Source of the DNA: Botryllus schlosseri
Taxonomy: Eukaryota
DNA: 64,000 nucleotides
Direction of reading: 5' to 3'
Assembly (NCBI GenBank): GCA_051294905.1
Contig: CM119372.1
Location: 40,364,001-40,428,000 of the forward strand
The position numbers and the translations under genes are program-made. The notes beneath the pieces were generated by a model. That model made no database searches. It was not told where the DNA came from and was given only the letters and a program-made list of their open reading frames with translations. Below are positions 26,001 through 41,000 of the stretch, piece by piece; position 1 is the first letter of the stretch; each line of letters opens with the position of its first letter.

Positions 26001-29000
26001 GTAATCCCAACAGAGTGGTTACTTTACTGTTCTTCGAAATTACAATGAAATGTCGGTCTTGGCCGGCTGAATGTCGAGTTATATGACTTGGTTCGAGTCA
26101 TGCGCAACGGCTCGACTCGAGTCCCTATTTTGAGAAAATGACTTGAGTCAAGTTGAGTCGTCAAAAAATCGCCACTCCAGTCATGACTCGACTCATTATA
26201 ACCCTGACCATCGGCAATAAGATTTTTTTGTCGACGAGGTATGTAGCTTCTACAAAATCTCGACACTATGAGATACTTGAAGGCCTGATCGGCCGCATCA
26301 CAGCACCCGAAATACCTAGTTGGCTGCACTCTTAGCAAAATGAGTGTGTTGTGTATTCACACTTAAAGGACCGAAAAGAGTGGTGCACGAAAACAGAACC
26401 CAAATCAGAATCATATCGCGGTCATAAATCCTACGTTCTTGCGTGCATTCATAATTTGGATTACAATGTTGTGGGACTACTCGGTTTCTACCGTAGTATA
26501 GTCTGAGGTAGGTTTTGATTTCGCGTGCCATGTATGTATATTAGGGTGGTTCTAGAAAAAGAATTTTGGAAAGTTGTTGGTCTGACCCTGCCAAAATGTT
26601 TCTTTTGGGTAAAAAACACACCGTGTGAAATGTTATCGATATTCATTAATGATTAGAGGTGGCTCAATGGATCATAAGTTCTGCCCATATCAGGTTTAGA
26701 ACATATATGGCTAATTTATAGTTGCTATTGGGTCAACGCTTGAAAGCCTGGAATATCTCGTCTTGGTATTAGCTGATCATTGGCGGAGGTGGCATGATGA
26801 CCAATCACATTTTATTTTGCCAAGTAAGCCCTGCTTGAGGGTGTTGGGGCACATTTTCGCGGAGGTCAGCAACAGCACCAACTGCAAAGTGAAGTTGGTC
26901 CTCATTTTTTGTGATATGGGCATAAACATCATCAGCCACTGTGTGGGACGTTCTGTGTCGCCGTTGGTTGCAGCAATAAAACTATACTTCCCCTTCTACT
27001 GAGCTTCCGGATATTCAAGAAAACCATAGGAAAGACGCATGTTTTCTGAAAATATGTTTCGTCGTCTTTGTCAATTTAAATCTTCTCTGGAATGAGTTTA
27101 AAGTTAATAATCTCCCACACTATGCTAGTTATTATTTCACTTCAGTCTCGTTTATAGCAGCAACTATCTTATCCTTGGTGCACTTGTCCCGATCGTCATC
27201 AAACAACGCCACACCAATCAACCCCGCAAACGGAAACCACAGTTGCCCTACCATCTTCCTCACTGTAGCTTTAGATATGTCGACAATATTCGCATTATAC
27301 TTCTACAGCTTCTTTAGCAGCTTTAAACATCCACATTATTGTTGAATGTTGCCCATGTCTCAACGTGGATGCGAAATAGAATATGCAGACTGCAGAGTTC
27401 CTGCATGCATCTATGCTAGCTCGATAACTATATAAACTGTGAACGATACATCGGGACCGTTGAAAGTTTATATCACTTTCGCATTCCATTCGTCTTGGTG
27501 CACGGCTCCGGGAGTTTCAAAGAGGCTGTCTCGAAAAGGCACATAAAGGCCAGATCCATTAGTTCTCTGCAATGATGTCTCGTCTGAGTGACTTTCACAG
27601 CTGTCTCCAATACCTTCATCATCGCATGTATCATGTAAGCCACAGCATCGTATGTATAATGATCAGCTAACGAGTCCTCAAAAGTAGTCTGGTCAATACG
27701 ACGTCACCTTCTTTCGAAACACTTGACCAAGAGAACATCAGAAGCAGATGAAGTTACCAGGGCTTCCAAACAGACCGATGCAGGCCAAGCATTCTCTCTA
27801 AAAGAATGCAGGTTCTTTAGTGCCGAACGGCATCGGAATGGAAGCATAACCACCAGCTCTTTATCTTTAAATCCCCATATTTTAGACAGTGTTGGGATGA
27901 CTCGAGTCACCTTTTTCGTATGACTTGACTTGACTCGAGTCACTTTGCAAAAATGACTTGACTTGACTCGACGCTTCAAAAATGCAGATTGACTCGTGAC
28001 TCGAAGCAAATTTTACGAGTCAATTTCAAGTCATCAAGTAATCGATGTCGACAAGATCGCCGTATCTTGTATAAGTTCGGATTGTTGACCGATCACTCAA
28101 TGATTGTGCGTTTTACCGAGCCTTCATTGTTACATCACTAACGAATTGGTCGTTACCGCAGTGATCGGAGCTTATAGCTTACGTTTTCGTAAACTTGCGC
28201 ACCTCAACCAACCCTCTTGCGTGCTTTAAATCGAACAAATATGGTCCATACGTTTATAATTGTATATCATGGATGTATATGTGAGTAGGGTATTGCTCCA
28301 TATCATTTTATTGAACGTTTTAATGCGTCATATGCTATCCTATATTGTGACTGATAATTGCAGATCAGGGGAGGGCAGAGCTGCTGCACGCGTGAGCCGC
28401 ATATCAAAAATCGATGAGTCACGACTCAAAAATTTATATATTCTAATTTATTCCGTCACAGGGAAATGTTGGGTATCGAATGAAGTTTATTATTGTGTGG
28501 TATAAGACGATGCGTCTCCAGCTAGGCTGCAAGGTGTTTGAAATCGGGCTGATATGACGTCAAACAATGCGGAGCTCGGTAATCATTATACTTCGTAAAT
28601 ATGTCTTTTTTGGGTAACTCTTGGCAATTAAGGTTTTAGTGTTTGGTTTCGTAATGACGTTTGAATTCTAGCTTTGTGCTTATTATTGGGAGAATCTTGA
28701 CGGAAAAGTCACAGTGGCTTACGGTCATTATCACCGAATGCACATTGCACAGTGCACACTCATTGAAGAGCCGCAATAAAAGACTCAAAGATGAGCATGC
28801 GGCTCGCGAGTCGCAGTTTTTCCACCCCTGTTATAGACTAAAGCTATAACGCTATACTTGCGTAGTTTGACATTTCTACGTATGCATGAGCGATAGAGCG
28901 CATTCTTGCGTGTATAATCAACTCTTTCTTCGTTCCTCGATTCAAAATAAATGGGGACCCCATCTGTATTTAAAACAGTTAGCAAAATGCAATGACCTTG

Positions 29001-32000
29001 AATCACGTATCGTACTTTGAAAATTCAACTTGACTCGACTAGTGACTTGACTCGTGACTTGACTTGACTCGACTTGACTCGAGTCACCTCCAAAAATCGG
29101 GTGACTTGACTTGACTCGAGTCACCCTTGAAAATCAAGTGACTTGACTTGACTCGAGTCAAAATCCGCAATGACTCGAGACGACTCGTGACTCGAAGGTA
29201 GTGACTTGATCCCAACACTGATTTTAGAATAGAAAAGATAGCCTCAGCTTGTGCTTTTCATATCCTATATGGTAGATTAGAGACTAAAGAGCAGCTGTGA
29301 TTGGCTAGTATTTGTCACTAGCAGTCAACAGTCGTTATTCCAGTGACTTATCGGATTAGTTTGCCATCCCTGTGCTCAATGAATGGAAACTGTGGGGTTA
29401 AATGATATTTAATTTCTTCGGAGATGATTCTACTCTTAAAGCGGGTCAGTATTATCTAGAAAAACATACGGTAGAATACTTTATTCAACTTTACAACGAA
29501 GAAATCACCAAATAATTTCAGAAACTTGCATCTTTCAGATGTTTTTCTTGAATATTAGGCTGCTTAGAGGAAAGAGCCATCTAGTTTCATTGCCGCAGAA
29601 ACTTTTATCCGCACATTGGCTTTCACCAGCTACCTGGATTAACGTTCCATTGCCTTAGTTGAGGAATTTTCTGGCAATATCATGAAGGTCAAGGCGCCAC
29701 TGCAATTTGCATTTGGATTTTTTGGTGCCCAACGCGAAAAGGCACTCAAACACCACTCACTTGGCAACGGCAATTGCTATTGGTCGTCATGATACCCCAG
29801 CCACTGAGCAGCTAGTACCCACGTGAGGGAATCCAGGCATAAACGTTAGTCAGAGAGCAGCTATAGAAGTGACTATATGTGCTTTATACTGTAAATGAGT
29901 AGAATTTCGAATCCATTGAGCCACCTCTAACCATTATTGAATATCAGAAAATTTCACATAGGGAGTTTTTATCCGAAAGGAACATTTTGGCAGGGTCAGA
30001 CCAACAACTTTCCAAACTTCGTTTCTTAAAGACCACCCTATATAGTGCATATTCACAAACATGTAACCGCGATGCTACACGGGTGGAAATGCACACTGCT
30101 ACCGCTTAAAGCAGAGGTCTCAAACTCAAATGTGCTCGCGGGCCAGTTTTCCAGTTTCGACAACGCCGCGGGCCACAGCATTATAGTGGTATTCTATGTC
30201 TTTCCAAGTAGGCCTTATTTGGCGGGAATGAATTGTCCTTTTGAAAATGAGCCGATCCAGCAGACTGACAGTAAACACACATCGTCAAAATGTGATTTAC
30301 TCTTGTATCAATTTAGGCCTGGCACGAAAAGAATCATCAATTTATACCTATTTGAATAGAATTGTTATTGTACTTGATATATAATAATTATAAGATATAG
30401 ACACCATATGGGCGGACAAATGTATGATGCCATCATAAAAGCTATCGGGTTATAATTTTGCAGCTACTATGAATATTTTGAATTTAACAGATTGATAATA
30501 GAGACTGATCTGATATCAAAACATTTTTAGGTTTAGCATTGTAATTCCAGGATTCGGGTATACTTCTGAAAAGTAGGTTATTAATCTCATGGCCAAATAT
30601 CTTGAAATATAGAAGAAAAAAATATAAATATATTAATGAATGTGTCCTGATGATTGAAATGTCGTAACGCCGCACGGCCCATTGTTGTTACATCGTTGGA
30701 GCGTACCACTACGGTACTCGGCACCTTTAAGTGGCCTTAATAACATGGTTTAACGACCAAAGATGTAACTTACAGATAGCCAATGCATGCCATAACTACT
30801 TGCTGAGTTAACGAAATACCAAGCTGCGACCTTCTGATCTATTACTATTCCCCTGATACGCGATTAGTTAGTTGCGTCCATGGTACTAACAAATTCACAG
30901 CATTCTGAGTCACTCCGAGTCCACTCGAGTCATTTTCATTTTGCCATCGAGTTAGCCCGAGTCTGGGTATTTCTAAGAAATGTAGCGTTGAAGTCCAACT
31001 CACAAATTTCAATCACTAATCGTCTAAGGGTCAGGTTTTGTCATCATGAATTGGAAATGTGGCGAAATAGTGAATCATGGTCGCGTTTGCAATTGATGTG
31101 ATTGTGAAGTTTGATGAATAGTTTCAGGCTTTCGGAGCAATTTAAGAGGGAATTTTCACTTCATAACCTGAAAAGATATATGTGACACTCATATATAGTC
31201 AAATTAATAAAAATCTAAAATGTCGTCGCGGGCTGCACAAAATGCTCTGGCGGGCCACATGCGGCCCGCGGGCCGCGTGTTTGAGACCTCTGGCTTAAAG
31301 TGTAGGAAGCTACCAATATTCATGGAAATGGTGTTTCGGTGACCAATCATGAAATTGGTCTCAAGCCTCAATAAAATCATCATGGTCAGGAAGTACACAA
31401 ATATTTTCCGAGTCGAATATGTTCAGCTCTAGTGCTAACGCATCAACACCCAACGTGCATTCTCTTACTAAGATACCGAGAACAAGAGCCGTTGCTGTAA
31501 TGAATATTAAATGAAGCATTCCTACAAATCAATTACCAACACCGCCGATGAATTCGTTTCGAGCCTACAAAAGCCGTGTGAATAGTCCTTGAATTGGTAT
31601 TTATAATCAACCAAACCAAATAAATTGGGAATCAGCAGATCAAGCATACATCTCCCGCTTCTTTTATCAATCAGTATAACACGTGACGCAACAGGTTCGT
31701 GATCCCTTCAATTAGATTATCTCTTCGATCTCTTGTTTATTTGAATGACAGCTTAGAGGAGCCTCGCCCTTCCAAAAATATTCTTTTTATCTGCGCCTCT
31801 GCGTCAATCTCACTTAATGGAATTAGCTCACACGGTGATCAGCAGACGTGGTAGTAGTGACGTAATAGATTTCTACTCAAGTAGAGTGAGATATTCCCGA
31901 GGGATGTCAAAATTACTTCAAGTGAAACTAAAAATTTCAAGTAGTTCAAAAAGAAAATTTGGTTGCAGGGTCGCCTACTTCTGCCAGTTAATTAGAGGTG

Positions 32001-35000
32001 GCTACTTCCGGAATTTCGATATGTTTCGCGAAATAACTTGAGCGCTACAGATTGGTGCAATTTTCATAAATAAAGTCATTTACGGTGATGCAGGGGAGAT
32101 TTCGCCAAGTTGTAATAACGATTTTGCACATAACCCAGAGATGCAAGACATCCAAAAATTCTGAAATTAATTGAATTAAATTATATCAAATATGTAGAAA
32201 CTAAGAAGTTTTGCAAAAAAATTATTTGTGTAGAAGTGGTATAGCATTGTAAAGCAATCGGTACAAATAGATGAAGCCTATTAGAGTACTGCGAAAAAGC
32301 GGAAATAATCCTTTTTACCCACTACTTGGGCTGATGTGCTGGTCCGAACTGTTGCGGATATTTTCAGATCGTTCACGCAATTGATCGGCGGCCTAGACGA
32401 CGTCACGAAGACGTACAGAGAAGTGCAAGCCGTAAAGTGAGTCCCTTGAATTTTTCTTAGTTTCAGTTGAAAAACTCTCATCGTAATACAGCTCGCAACC
32501 GGATCGCGGCTTTTACAATTTGTTGAAACTTTCCGATTTCAACGTCGTGGAAACTCTCGGAGTGGGCGGATTTGGAAGAGTTGAACTGGTAATTGGACGC
32601 TTGCAATTGTTGGTGGTTTCTGTACTTAAGTATAAGCAGAGTAAATGTCATAACTTTCTACTCAAGTACGGGTAAAAGATTTAAAAGACCCGTCAAAACC
32701 GTTACAAGTGGTAGTAGAAAATGAAGGTTTGAAAAGTGCTCTAGTAGTATCAAAAAGTATAGTTAGTCTTACACTTTTTTTAGTTGTTGTTGTTGTTGTT
32801 GTTGTTGTCTTTAGACTTCACCGTGTTCCGACAATCTTGGTCACTTAACGCCGGTTCGAAGTTTTTATGATTCTCGAGTTGGCGACTGGTAGCACAGCCC
32901 ATTTTAAGGGGCTACTCAGAGTTTGCTAATTCCGATATGGCGGGTTGCATCTTTGCGACTAACGCAAAATGACGCTAAAACGAGCGTAATTGAAAAATCA
33001 TTCACGTACTGTGAAGTGTTTGGGGCGGTTTTTTATCACAATTTCACTCGTAAAGGCGATTCAAACATACCCCAGGAGTATTTTCTACAACACAAAAGCG
33101 AAATGGTAAAATGTTGAGTATTTTTGCCGAAAAACTGTCAAGTATAAGTGAAGGCAGTCTAATAAGTGAATTACTTCAATGAGCAGTGCACGCATGCAAA
33201 ACGCAGTTTAGTAGGCCTACTACTAAAATTTAGCGGTACTTCGTTACTGACCACTCTGTATATTGTAATATTATGTTATTATGTCCTCTTACAATCGTTA
33301 TACTAGCAGTAAAAAAAGCTTCAAATAAAACGTTGATTTTTGTGCAATTTAGTGTCCTTCGCCCAGTTGTCATACAAAGAATTCGATTTGCCAATACACC
33401 TTTCATTTGAATAAGTCATATGCAACGTCATATCAGTAACTCCATATCAATGTTGTTGCAATTAGCATTTCAGCTTCATTGACGAATCGCAAGCTGCACC
33501 ATCGCTTTATGTACAAAGTTGTGACTTGATCGACCAACAGATTCATTGTACGTTTCCACGAAAAGCAACCTTTGTTTTGCGAATTTCAGGTAAATCTCAT
33601 CAGCGACCCCTCGCGGACGTTTGCAATGAAGATCTTGAAAAAAGAGCACATCGTCGAAACGAGGCAACAGGAACATATTATGAACGAGAAACAGATTATG
33701 ATGCAATCTAACTGTGAATTCATCGTCAGGTAAATCGCTTACTTGATGACGTCACATGATAGGTAATGGAAAATAAGAATCCTCTAGCTCAAATCATATC
33801 AAAATCGATGTTTTTTCTTTTCAGTTGGGTGATTCATTATCAAGCCTATGTAAATTGTAATGTTTCTCAGTTCTAGCAGCACCTTTAGTTGAAAACAATG
33901 TAATTGGTAAAATGACGATAATCGCACGAGCTAATGCAGCTGTAGACCACTGTAAAGACGACACTTTAACCCGCACTTCGTAACGATATGCAGGATTTAG
34001 CAAGATCGTGGGTGGATTGGCAGGATTTTTTAGTTTTCTGGCCAAATTGATACTTTTTCTGACACGTCCGGAGTTTATTGTAAAGAAGCCGACACGGAGT
34101 CTAACTAGGTAATTTGCAGATCTGCCTTGCGCTAATGCCTAGGATCCCTTCGATTTATTCGTATATCTAAGGTGTTCAGAGTTTTAGCTGTAAACCCGGA
34201 CGCTGCAAATTTTGTTCATTTCTACTAAACAATCATTCCAGTTTTTAATTATGACAAAAACGTTTCGAAACACCCCGCACTGAACCAATTCTCGACAATA
34301 AAAATGGGTTAGATTATGCAAATATTTGTTACGCGGCGGGCATACCTTCAAAGCTGACATTTTGGGTAGATAATTAGACCACAGTGCAGAGCGACCGCAA
34401 ACATTTACATATTCTTCTTCTACCACTACAACTTGCATGCAATGAGTTTGTCTTGTCATACTCGACTCTGTGAAAAACTACCCTTTTCCCAATTTTCAAC
34501 AACACTCTGAACTGAGTGTGCGATTTTTGCCCTGAGGGAAGTTGGTGTGGATGTCACAGACTTTTTACTAGTGGTGACTAGAGTGATAATGCAGCATTGC
34601 CGTCGTGTGGTTACAATCAAGCCCGGACAAAACCGAGTATCTGAGTGATATATTCAGAGACAGAGTTGGTCAAAGTAGTCATAGTATGTACATAGTAGTT
34701 TGTAATTTTAGACTCAAGTAGGCTTCCAAGTGCAAGATGCGATTTCCAAGTGAGTCAAAAGTCAATATTATAGGCGTTGGTCTGACAAAAACATGGAAAT
34801 CTGTTCAGTACAAGTGGAAATAGTCTAAACTCATAAACACTAGAGAAGGTAGTCAAACTACATGAAATCTACTTGAGTACTCCGAGAAAGTACAAGTACT
34901 TCGTTGCTGACCAGATATGTTCGGAGGAAAGTGTTAAGCTATACGAGTCGAGTATTTGAATACTACTCATTTTGACAATTTATCAGTAAGCCAGACTTGA

Positions 35001-38000
35001 AGTGTTCACGAACTAAATATGGACAGATACACGATATTATGATTTGTTTCCAATTTGTTGACATTGATAGGTCATAGGCAACCGAGACAATACCGCATTT
35101 CATCGGTACGTATATACGCACTTGAGCTCGCGGGCCGCATTCAACACCTGAATCCATTCGCGGGCCGCACTATAAAGCAATAGGAATATAAATCAAAACG
35201 CAATATTGGTATTTGATTATATAGGGAGGGCATGGAGATAATATGCCTATTTAAAACAAACCAAACATTGCGTTGATGATATCGTACACGCGTCAGAAAC
35301 AGTGGCAAGATTTCATAGGCTAGTCAACCTCGAAAACCTATTTGTCAAAACTATAAAGATGAGAGTCGGTTGTCCCGAGTCTTGGAACAGGATTGAAATT
35401 TAAAACTGCGAGCAGCGATCTGTTCATAGATTTATTAAGTCCACTTTGGGTTCAGGTCCAGGAACCATACGTTAGCTTCTAACACGCTTCTACTATGTGT
35501 ACAATGTTCCCTCTAATTTTTCACGAATCTGCGCAAACACGCCAATTCACTACGCAGGCACTTGGGCAACAGTGCGCAACCCCCCAAAGGGCGATAAAAC
35601 TAACTTCTGGGGGTCTTCGCCCCCCAGACCCCCCGGGCTATTGGCTTTTTTCCGGTGCTAATCATTGCAATAGTGGCTGTGTCTCCTAAATGCGCGGGCC
35701 ACGAAGTATTTATATATTTCATGATTGCATTGGTCAATATGATCGGGAATGACATATATAGTGCTATCAATTTTTATCCTCTCTCTGCTCACATAATCAG
35801 ATTTAACGGTAGAGCTGATCGAGCGAGGTGTGTTGAAATAGATAGGCCCTCTAAATAATAATAAAACATCTTCGAACGTACCCGTTGGTAATGACTTCGA
35901 TACATGATGCTATATTTCGTGACCTCCTATCTCAGTGATCGGGAACCTTTTTCGTCTGAAGAGCCATGTTAGCCCCATATTTTTCATTTTAACTCCAAAA
36001 GAGTCACACATGTCAATCAATTATTAAGTCACAATTGAAAAGTCGTGACGACATGTTAGTACAAATTCCAACTCCTACATGGTATTTATCGTGACGAGCC
36101 ATATTTTCTCTGTAAAAACTGGTAGGCTACTAATCATCCTGTGGTAGCGCAATTCATCGTAAATAGCTGAGAATTTATAATAATTTATATTGTTCTAATA
36201 CAGGGGTCACCAAGACACGCAGCCGGCGTGCCGCATGCGGCCCATGACATCATATTTTGCGGCCCGCGACATGATTTGAGATTTCGGAAGAAAGCTAAAA
36301 AAAAAACAGTTTGAAATGCTGCAAATTGACTACAGTGTCAACATATTGTTGTTGTTTCAAAACAAGCTATTCTCATGTGCCCAACATCACTATTCGTCAC
36401 TAGCTATGGCGTTGGCGATGGCAACAGCATTCCAACGAGGGAGAATAATCAGCTGATATGAATGTGCTGGGCATATTGCCTTGACGTACAATGGCCCAAA
36501 TACCGAGACGCTTAGAAAACGGATATGGCAGTGGTTTTCAAACTGGGGGCGCGCCTCTCTTGTGGGGGCGTGAAAGCATCTGAAAGGGAAGTGGAGCTGC
36601 GATCAATTGAAAAAAATTCGCGCTCCGCGGGATTTCCATCACATTCAAAATTTTTGGATAGTCCAGAATTCACTTTATAGAATTCTCTCATTAACAGTTG
36701 TAACCTTCCATGTCATCAAACTATCCGTTCGGATTGCTAGCATTCTGGTTGCATTTTGCGATATGACGATAAGGGGGAGGGAGCGAAATTTTTCAGTATC
36801 ATAAAGGGGGTGTGTCTAAAAAGGTTGGAGAACCACTGCCTTAAGGCTTCCCTACAAGATCAAGCTTAACGTGGAGATGGTCCTTCAGCTAGTAACGTAT
36901 CTCCCTAGCCCCAATATCGATTCCTTAGTCGCTGAAAATCGTTGCCAGGTATCGTGCACAGCTCAGCGTTCAAAATAAAATGAAATTGATGATAATGATT
37001 TTTTGTTGTATTTCAATATTTCAATAAAATATTACTTCTTTTGTGGTCACTATGCCCATTGCCTATTTTAGGTAGCACCGCGTTGTACTGACGTGGAGTT
37101 TTAAAACGTTGTTGCCCAGTTTGTATCGATATGGAATTCACGCGGCACGCGGCCGCTACGAAATTTGAAAAGGGGCCAGCGACCCGTTTTGAGTTGGCGA
37201 CCCCTGATCTAGTATAACTGTAGGGTGATTCCAAAAATCTAAATATTGATCGGCTTCTCAATTCGGCGGTAACATAAACGTTGTACTCCACGCCTACATT
37301 TTATCGGCAGTACTAGAAAGCTACTTATCAATGACGAACACGGGTGGCACAGGGGGCACAGCGTTGTTTGTAATTTGGATTTGTAATTGGAATGTCACAT
37401 CCAAAGCAGTTCATTTCCCGGCGTAGATGAGGAAGACAATGCGCATTTGAAAACTAGATCGTCATATTAGGCGTCCCCACGTCATGCTATTATTCTCTTT
37501 GATCAACCAACGTGTGGTGCCATCCAAGATTACGCAGCGCGCGATGCCGGGTACATCTAATTCGCGAGGGATATTAGTCGCTGGCGTTACAGCAACTTAA
37601 ATTTGAGGATTTTGTAAAGGGAACCAAGGCCTTAACCCTGGATACGCCACTGTCTTGACCTCTCAAATACATGTTTATGGTGCCACGAGTATAATTATTC
37701 TAGCCGGTGAGAATATTTACTAACAAGTTGCTGCAATATGGATAAAATTAAGTAAAAATTGAAAATATCTCAAAGAGCCATATCTTATACCCAAAAGAGC
37801 CATATATGGCTCGCGAGCCATAGGTTCCCGACCACTGTCCTATCTTCTATGTCAAAAGATATTGAAATCGCTCAAACGTTCTAAACTAAAAGAGGTACAC
37901 CATTTCAAATTGGTATTTATTTACTGGAGAATAATGTTCCGTCGATATAGTATTTGTCTTGTTTTGTGACTCGGATCACCGGGACAGCACAAGGGCAGTC

Positions 38001-41000
38001 GTTTTAGGCCAAGGTTTTCTCGCTGCTGATCGTTCTGGCACACTTCTCGGAGTCGCCTATGTCACACAACCTTCAATTTCATATGTCTTGGCGCATCATG
38101 GTGCGGTAATGGCCGACGCCCAAGTGCTCATATGTCTATAAATCATGCGTATTTTTTGTCAGGATAGGGTAACCAATAATCAAGATATCCGACAATATTA
38201 AATCGCGCGTAGCGCCAAAAAAAATCCTGAAAACTCCAAAAAAATACGTCATGAGTTATGTTAATTCACGAATAATTTTGGGGTCCCGTCGAGCTCGGCC
38301 CCTCCAATTGATGGGTTTTTGGGGTGCGGCTGTTACGGTCCTGAGTAAATCTTACGCAATGCCACGCGGAGAAGACTATTCGTTAGTTTCTCGCAGATTA
38401 ACTTCGAGCTAGCCCATTTTTATTTATAACTTTGTTAAACCATGTTATTTCGCTATTCCCAGAAAATAATGCGCTATTGAAATGATATCAGTATTGCTCA
38501 CGCGTACGAGACCATACTAAAAAAAATCCCTTCCGTGAGGCGCACGGGATGGTAAATTCTCATTTCTTCACGGAGCGCAATATTTACCTTTGCGGGCCGC
38601 ACTTGTACCTCGATTTCAGATTTCGGCGATAACACTATATTTGGCCCTGGCAATGTCCCATCTAATTTCTCACGAGTCTGCGCGCCTGCGTGGTCCATTG
38701 GACAACAGTGCGCAACGAATAAAAAAAACTTTAGGAAGCATTTACCTTAGAACAGTGGTTCTTATACTTTCTAAGACACGCCCCCCTTATGGTGGTGAAA
38801 GATTTCGCGCCCCTTATCGTCATATCACAAAACGCAGCCAGGATGCCAGCAAACCTCACGGATATTTTGATGGCGTGGAAGGTTACGACTATGGATGGGA
38901 GATTTTTAAATATGAAATTCAGACTAATACAGAGCAATAATCATGAGTTGGATGTACGTCGCGCGGGGCGCGAAAATAATTATCAGCAAATCTCAGCTTC
39001 GCGACCCCCTTCAGATTATTTCACGCCCCAAGGTGGGGTACACACCCCAGTTTGAGTACCACTGCCTTGGAATTATCATAGTGAAATATACTAATAAAAA
39101 GTTTAATGAAACCCAACATTAAATCGATATTATACGCATTTTATCAATATCAAGGTTCTTGGCTCTCGCGGGCCGTAGTTTTCCCACCCCTGAACCAGAT
39201 ACTCAACTCGGATTCGAGTATTCGCAACTTTGTGCTCGGGCCTAGTTATTATGTCGCATGTGAACAACGACCATGAACATATTAGACATTTGCATTCTTC
39301 AGGGATTGTCGACTTGCAAGTAGCCTATTTCTTAAAACAATCTTTACTTTTTATAGAAATCTGTTGAATAATACAGCGGTTTTAATATATATTTATTGCC
39401 GCACAGGGCCATGCCGTCAATTGTAATGCATCACACGTTAACTCACGTTAGTCAATCACGTGAGAAAGCGCCGAAATCAATTGGAAAACAGTCGATAATC
39501 AATTTCATATCATGACGACTTATTTTGGTGTCAAGCGACAATTTTTTTCGATACCAATTCCTCTGATTCATGCGTCATAGTCGTTGAGTCGTCTATAAAT
39601 TGGTCTTCTAATTCCTCATGCGATAAAGCTTCCGATATTTATTTCCAGAATGTACTGCACTTTCAAAGACTCTCGCTTTCTGTACATGTTAATGGAATGC
39701 TGTCTTGGCGGTGAACTCTGGACCTTGCTTCGAGACAGGTGTGTCTCGTTGGAATCCTGTCTTACGGATTGCAAATGGAAATTGTTCGTTGTACAGGGGC
39801 TGTTTCGATGACAACACTTCAAAATTCTACACAGCATGCGTGGTAGAAGCGTTTATCTTCATGCACTCGAGAGGCATCATTTACCGAGACCTCAAACCAG
39901 AAAATCTTATCCTGGACGAGCGGGGATATGCAAAGCTGGTCAGTTACCTTGCCAGGGATTCATTTTAGATGGAACCTGAATTACGTTCAAGACTTGTTCG
40001 TTTTGAATTAAATTCGGATTTCATAGAAGTATCTTCAGCTGAAAATACGGAATATGTTATTGATAGTGTTATTGATGTTAGTAGAAGTTTCTACTAAATG
40101 ACAGAGTAGGTCAAAATATTAGGCGTTGGTACTCAAGTAGAAGCAGATGTATCGCCGTAAATTCCATATCAATCATAATAATAAGTAGCGATTCACAAGA
40201 CATGTCCAAACTACCTTAAGTTGGTGTCGAAACGAAGGCTTGAAAAGTACTCAAGCATAAAGACTTTCCAAAAGTGGATTTAGTCGATGGTCGGATACTT
40301 TTAGCAGTTAATCAGATTTGTGGGCATCCGCAAGTTCAAAGTGTATCTTCGCAACTAACTCAAAATTTCATGACCTCACACTCACAAGTAGGTGCAGTTT
40401 TGGTAAATATATTCAGTTATCGCGATACGGGGGCTATTTCATGTGGTTAGTATAAAAAATCACTTACAAAAGTGTTGTAAGCGTAGGGTTACCATTAGCG
40501 TTGCACTTAAAACAGAAATCAATTTAAAACAATCAAGTTTAAGACAAGGCCTTAGTTTGAAATATTTTTTTTCATATTTTTTGAAATAATGACGTCACGA
40601 ATATTCTGTTGTGACGTCATACAGGATCGACATTGACAATTTAAAATATAGGGTGAATATAGCTCCTTTGAACAAATATCTACGTACTATAGCCGTGGAA
40701 CTGACTATTTTGAGGGTTCCAACTATCCCATATCGTAAACGTCGGCTATATCGGGTTGTGATTGTCCGTATGCTCATACATGTTTTTGGAAATTATTTAC
40801 ACAATTAGGGCATGATTTTACAACTTCAAAAAATACAATTGTTTTGAAGGCCTTTGTCCGACATCGATTAAATGACCTCCTTTTTGGCAATTCGTTTTCA
40901 TATAAGAGCTGCTCTTACAGCCAGGCAATTGTAAAGGCACAACTAAAACACGTCATAAATGACGCGAAATCTGGATTTGACGTTAGTGACGGCAAGGTTC

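Larger units (their letters stand above)
35122..39192 (-). mobile_element. inverted, one-end-truncated copy of the 50-1182 element containing nested insertions
   Basis: 35122-35500 is the reverse complement of about 770-1165; 38733-39192 matches about 50-520, including the nested MITE 38753-39064 (TSD CCTTAGAA/CCTTGGAA). Confidence 0.85.

Noticed and set aside
19488..29220. GACTCGAGTC/GACTT repeat arrays as a possible CRISPR-like array
   Set aside because: There is no constant repeat-spacer periodicity; the arrays are subterminal repeats of TIR elements with 8-bp TSDs in a eukaryotic intron.
32465..32491. Alternative acceptor (TTTCAG at 32466) for common exon 9
   Set aside because: It would leave a 30-nt intron and shift the frame; the acceptor at 32491 gives the conserved reading.
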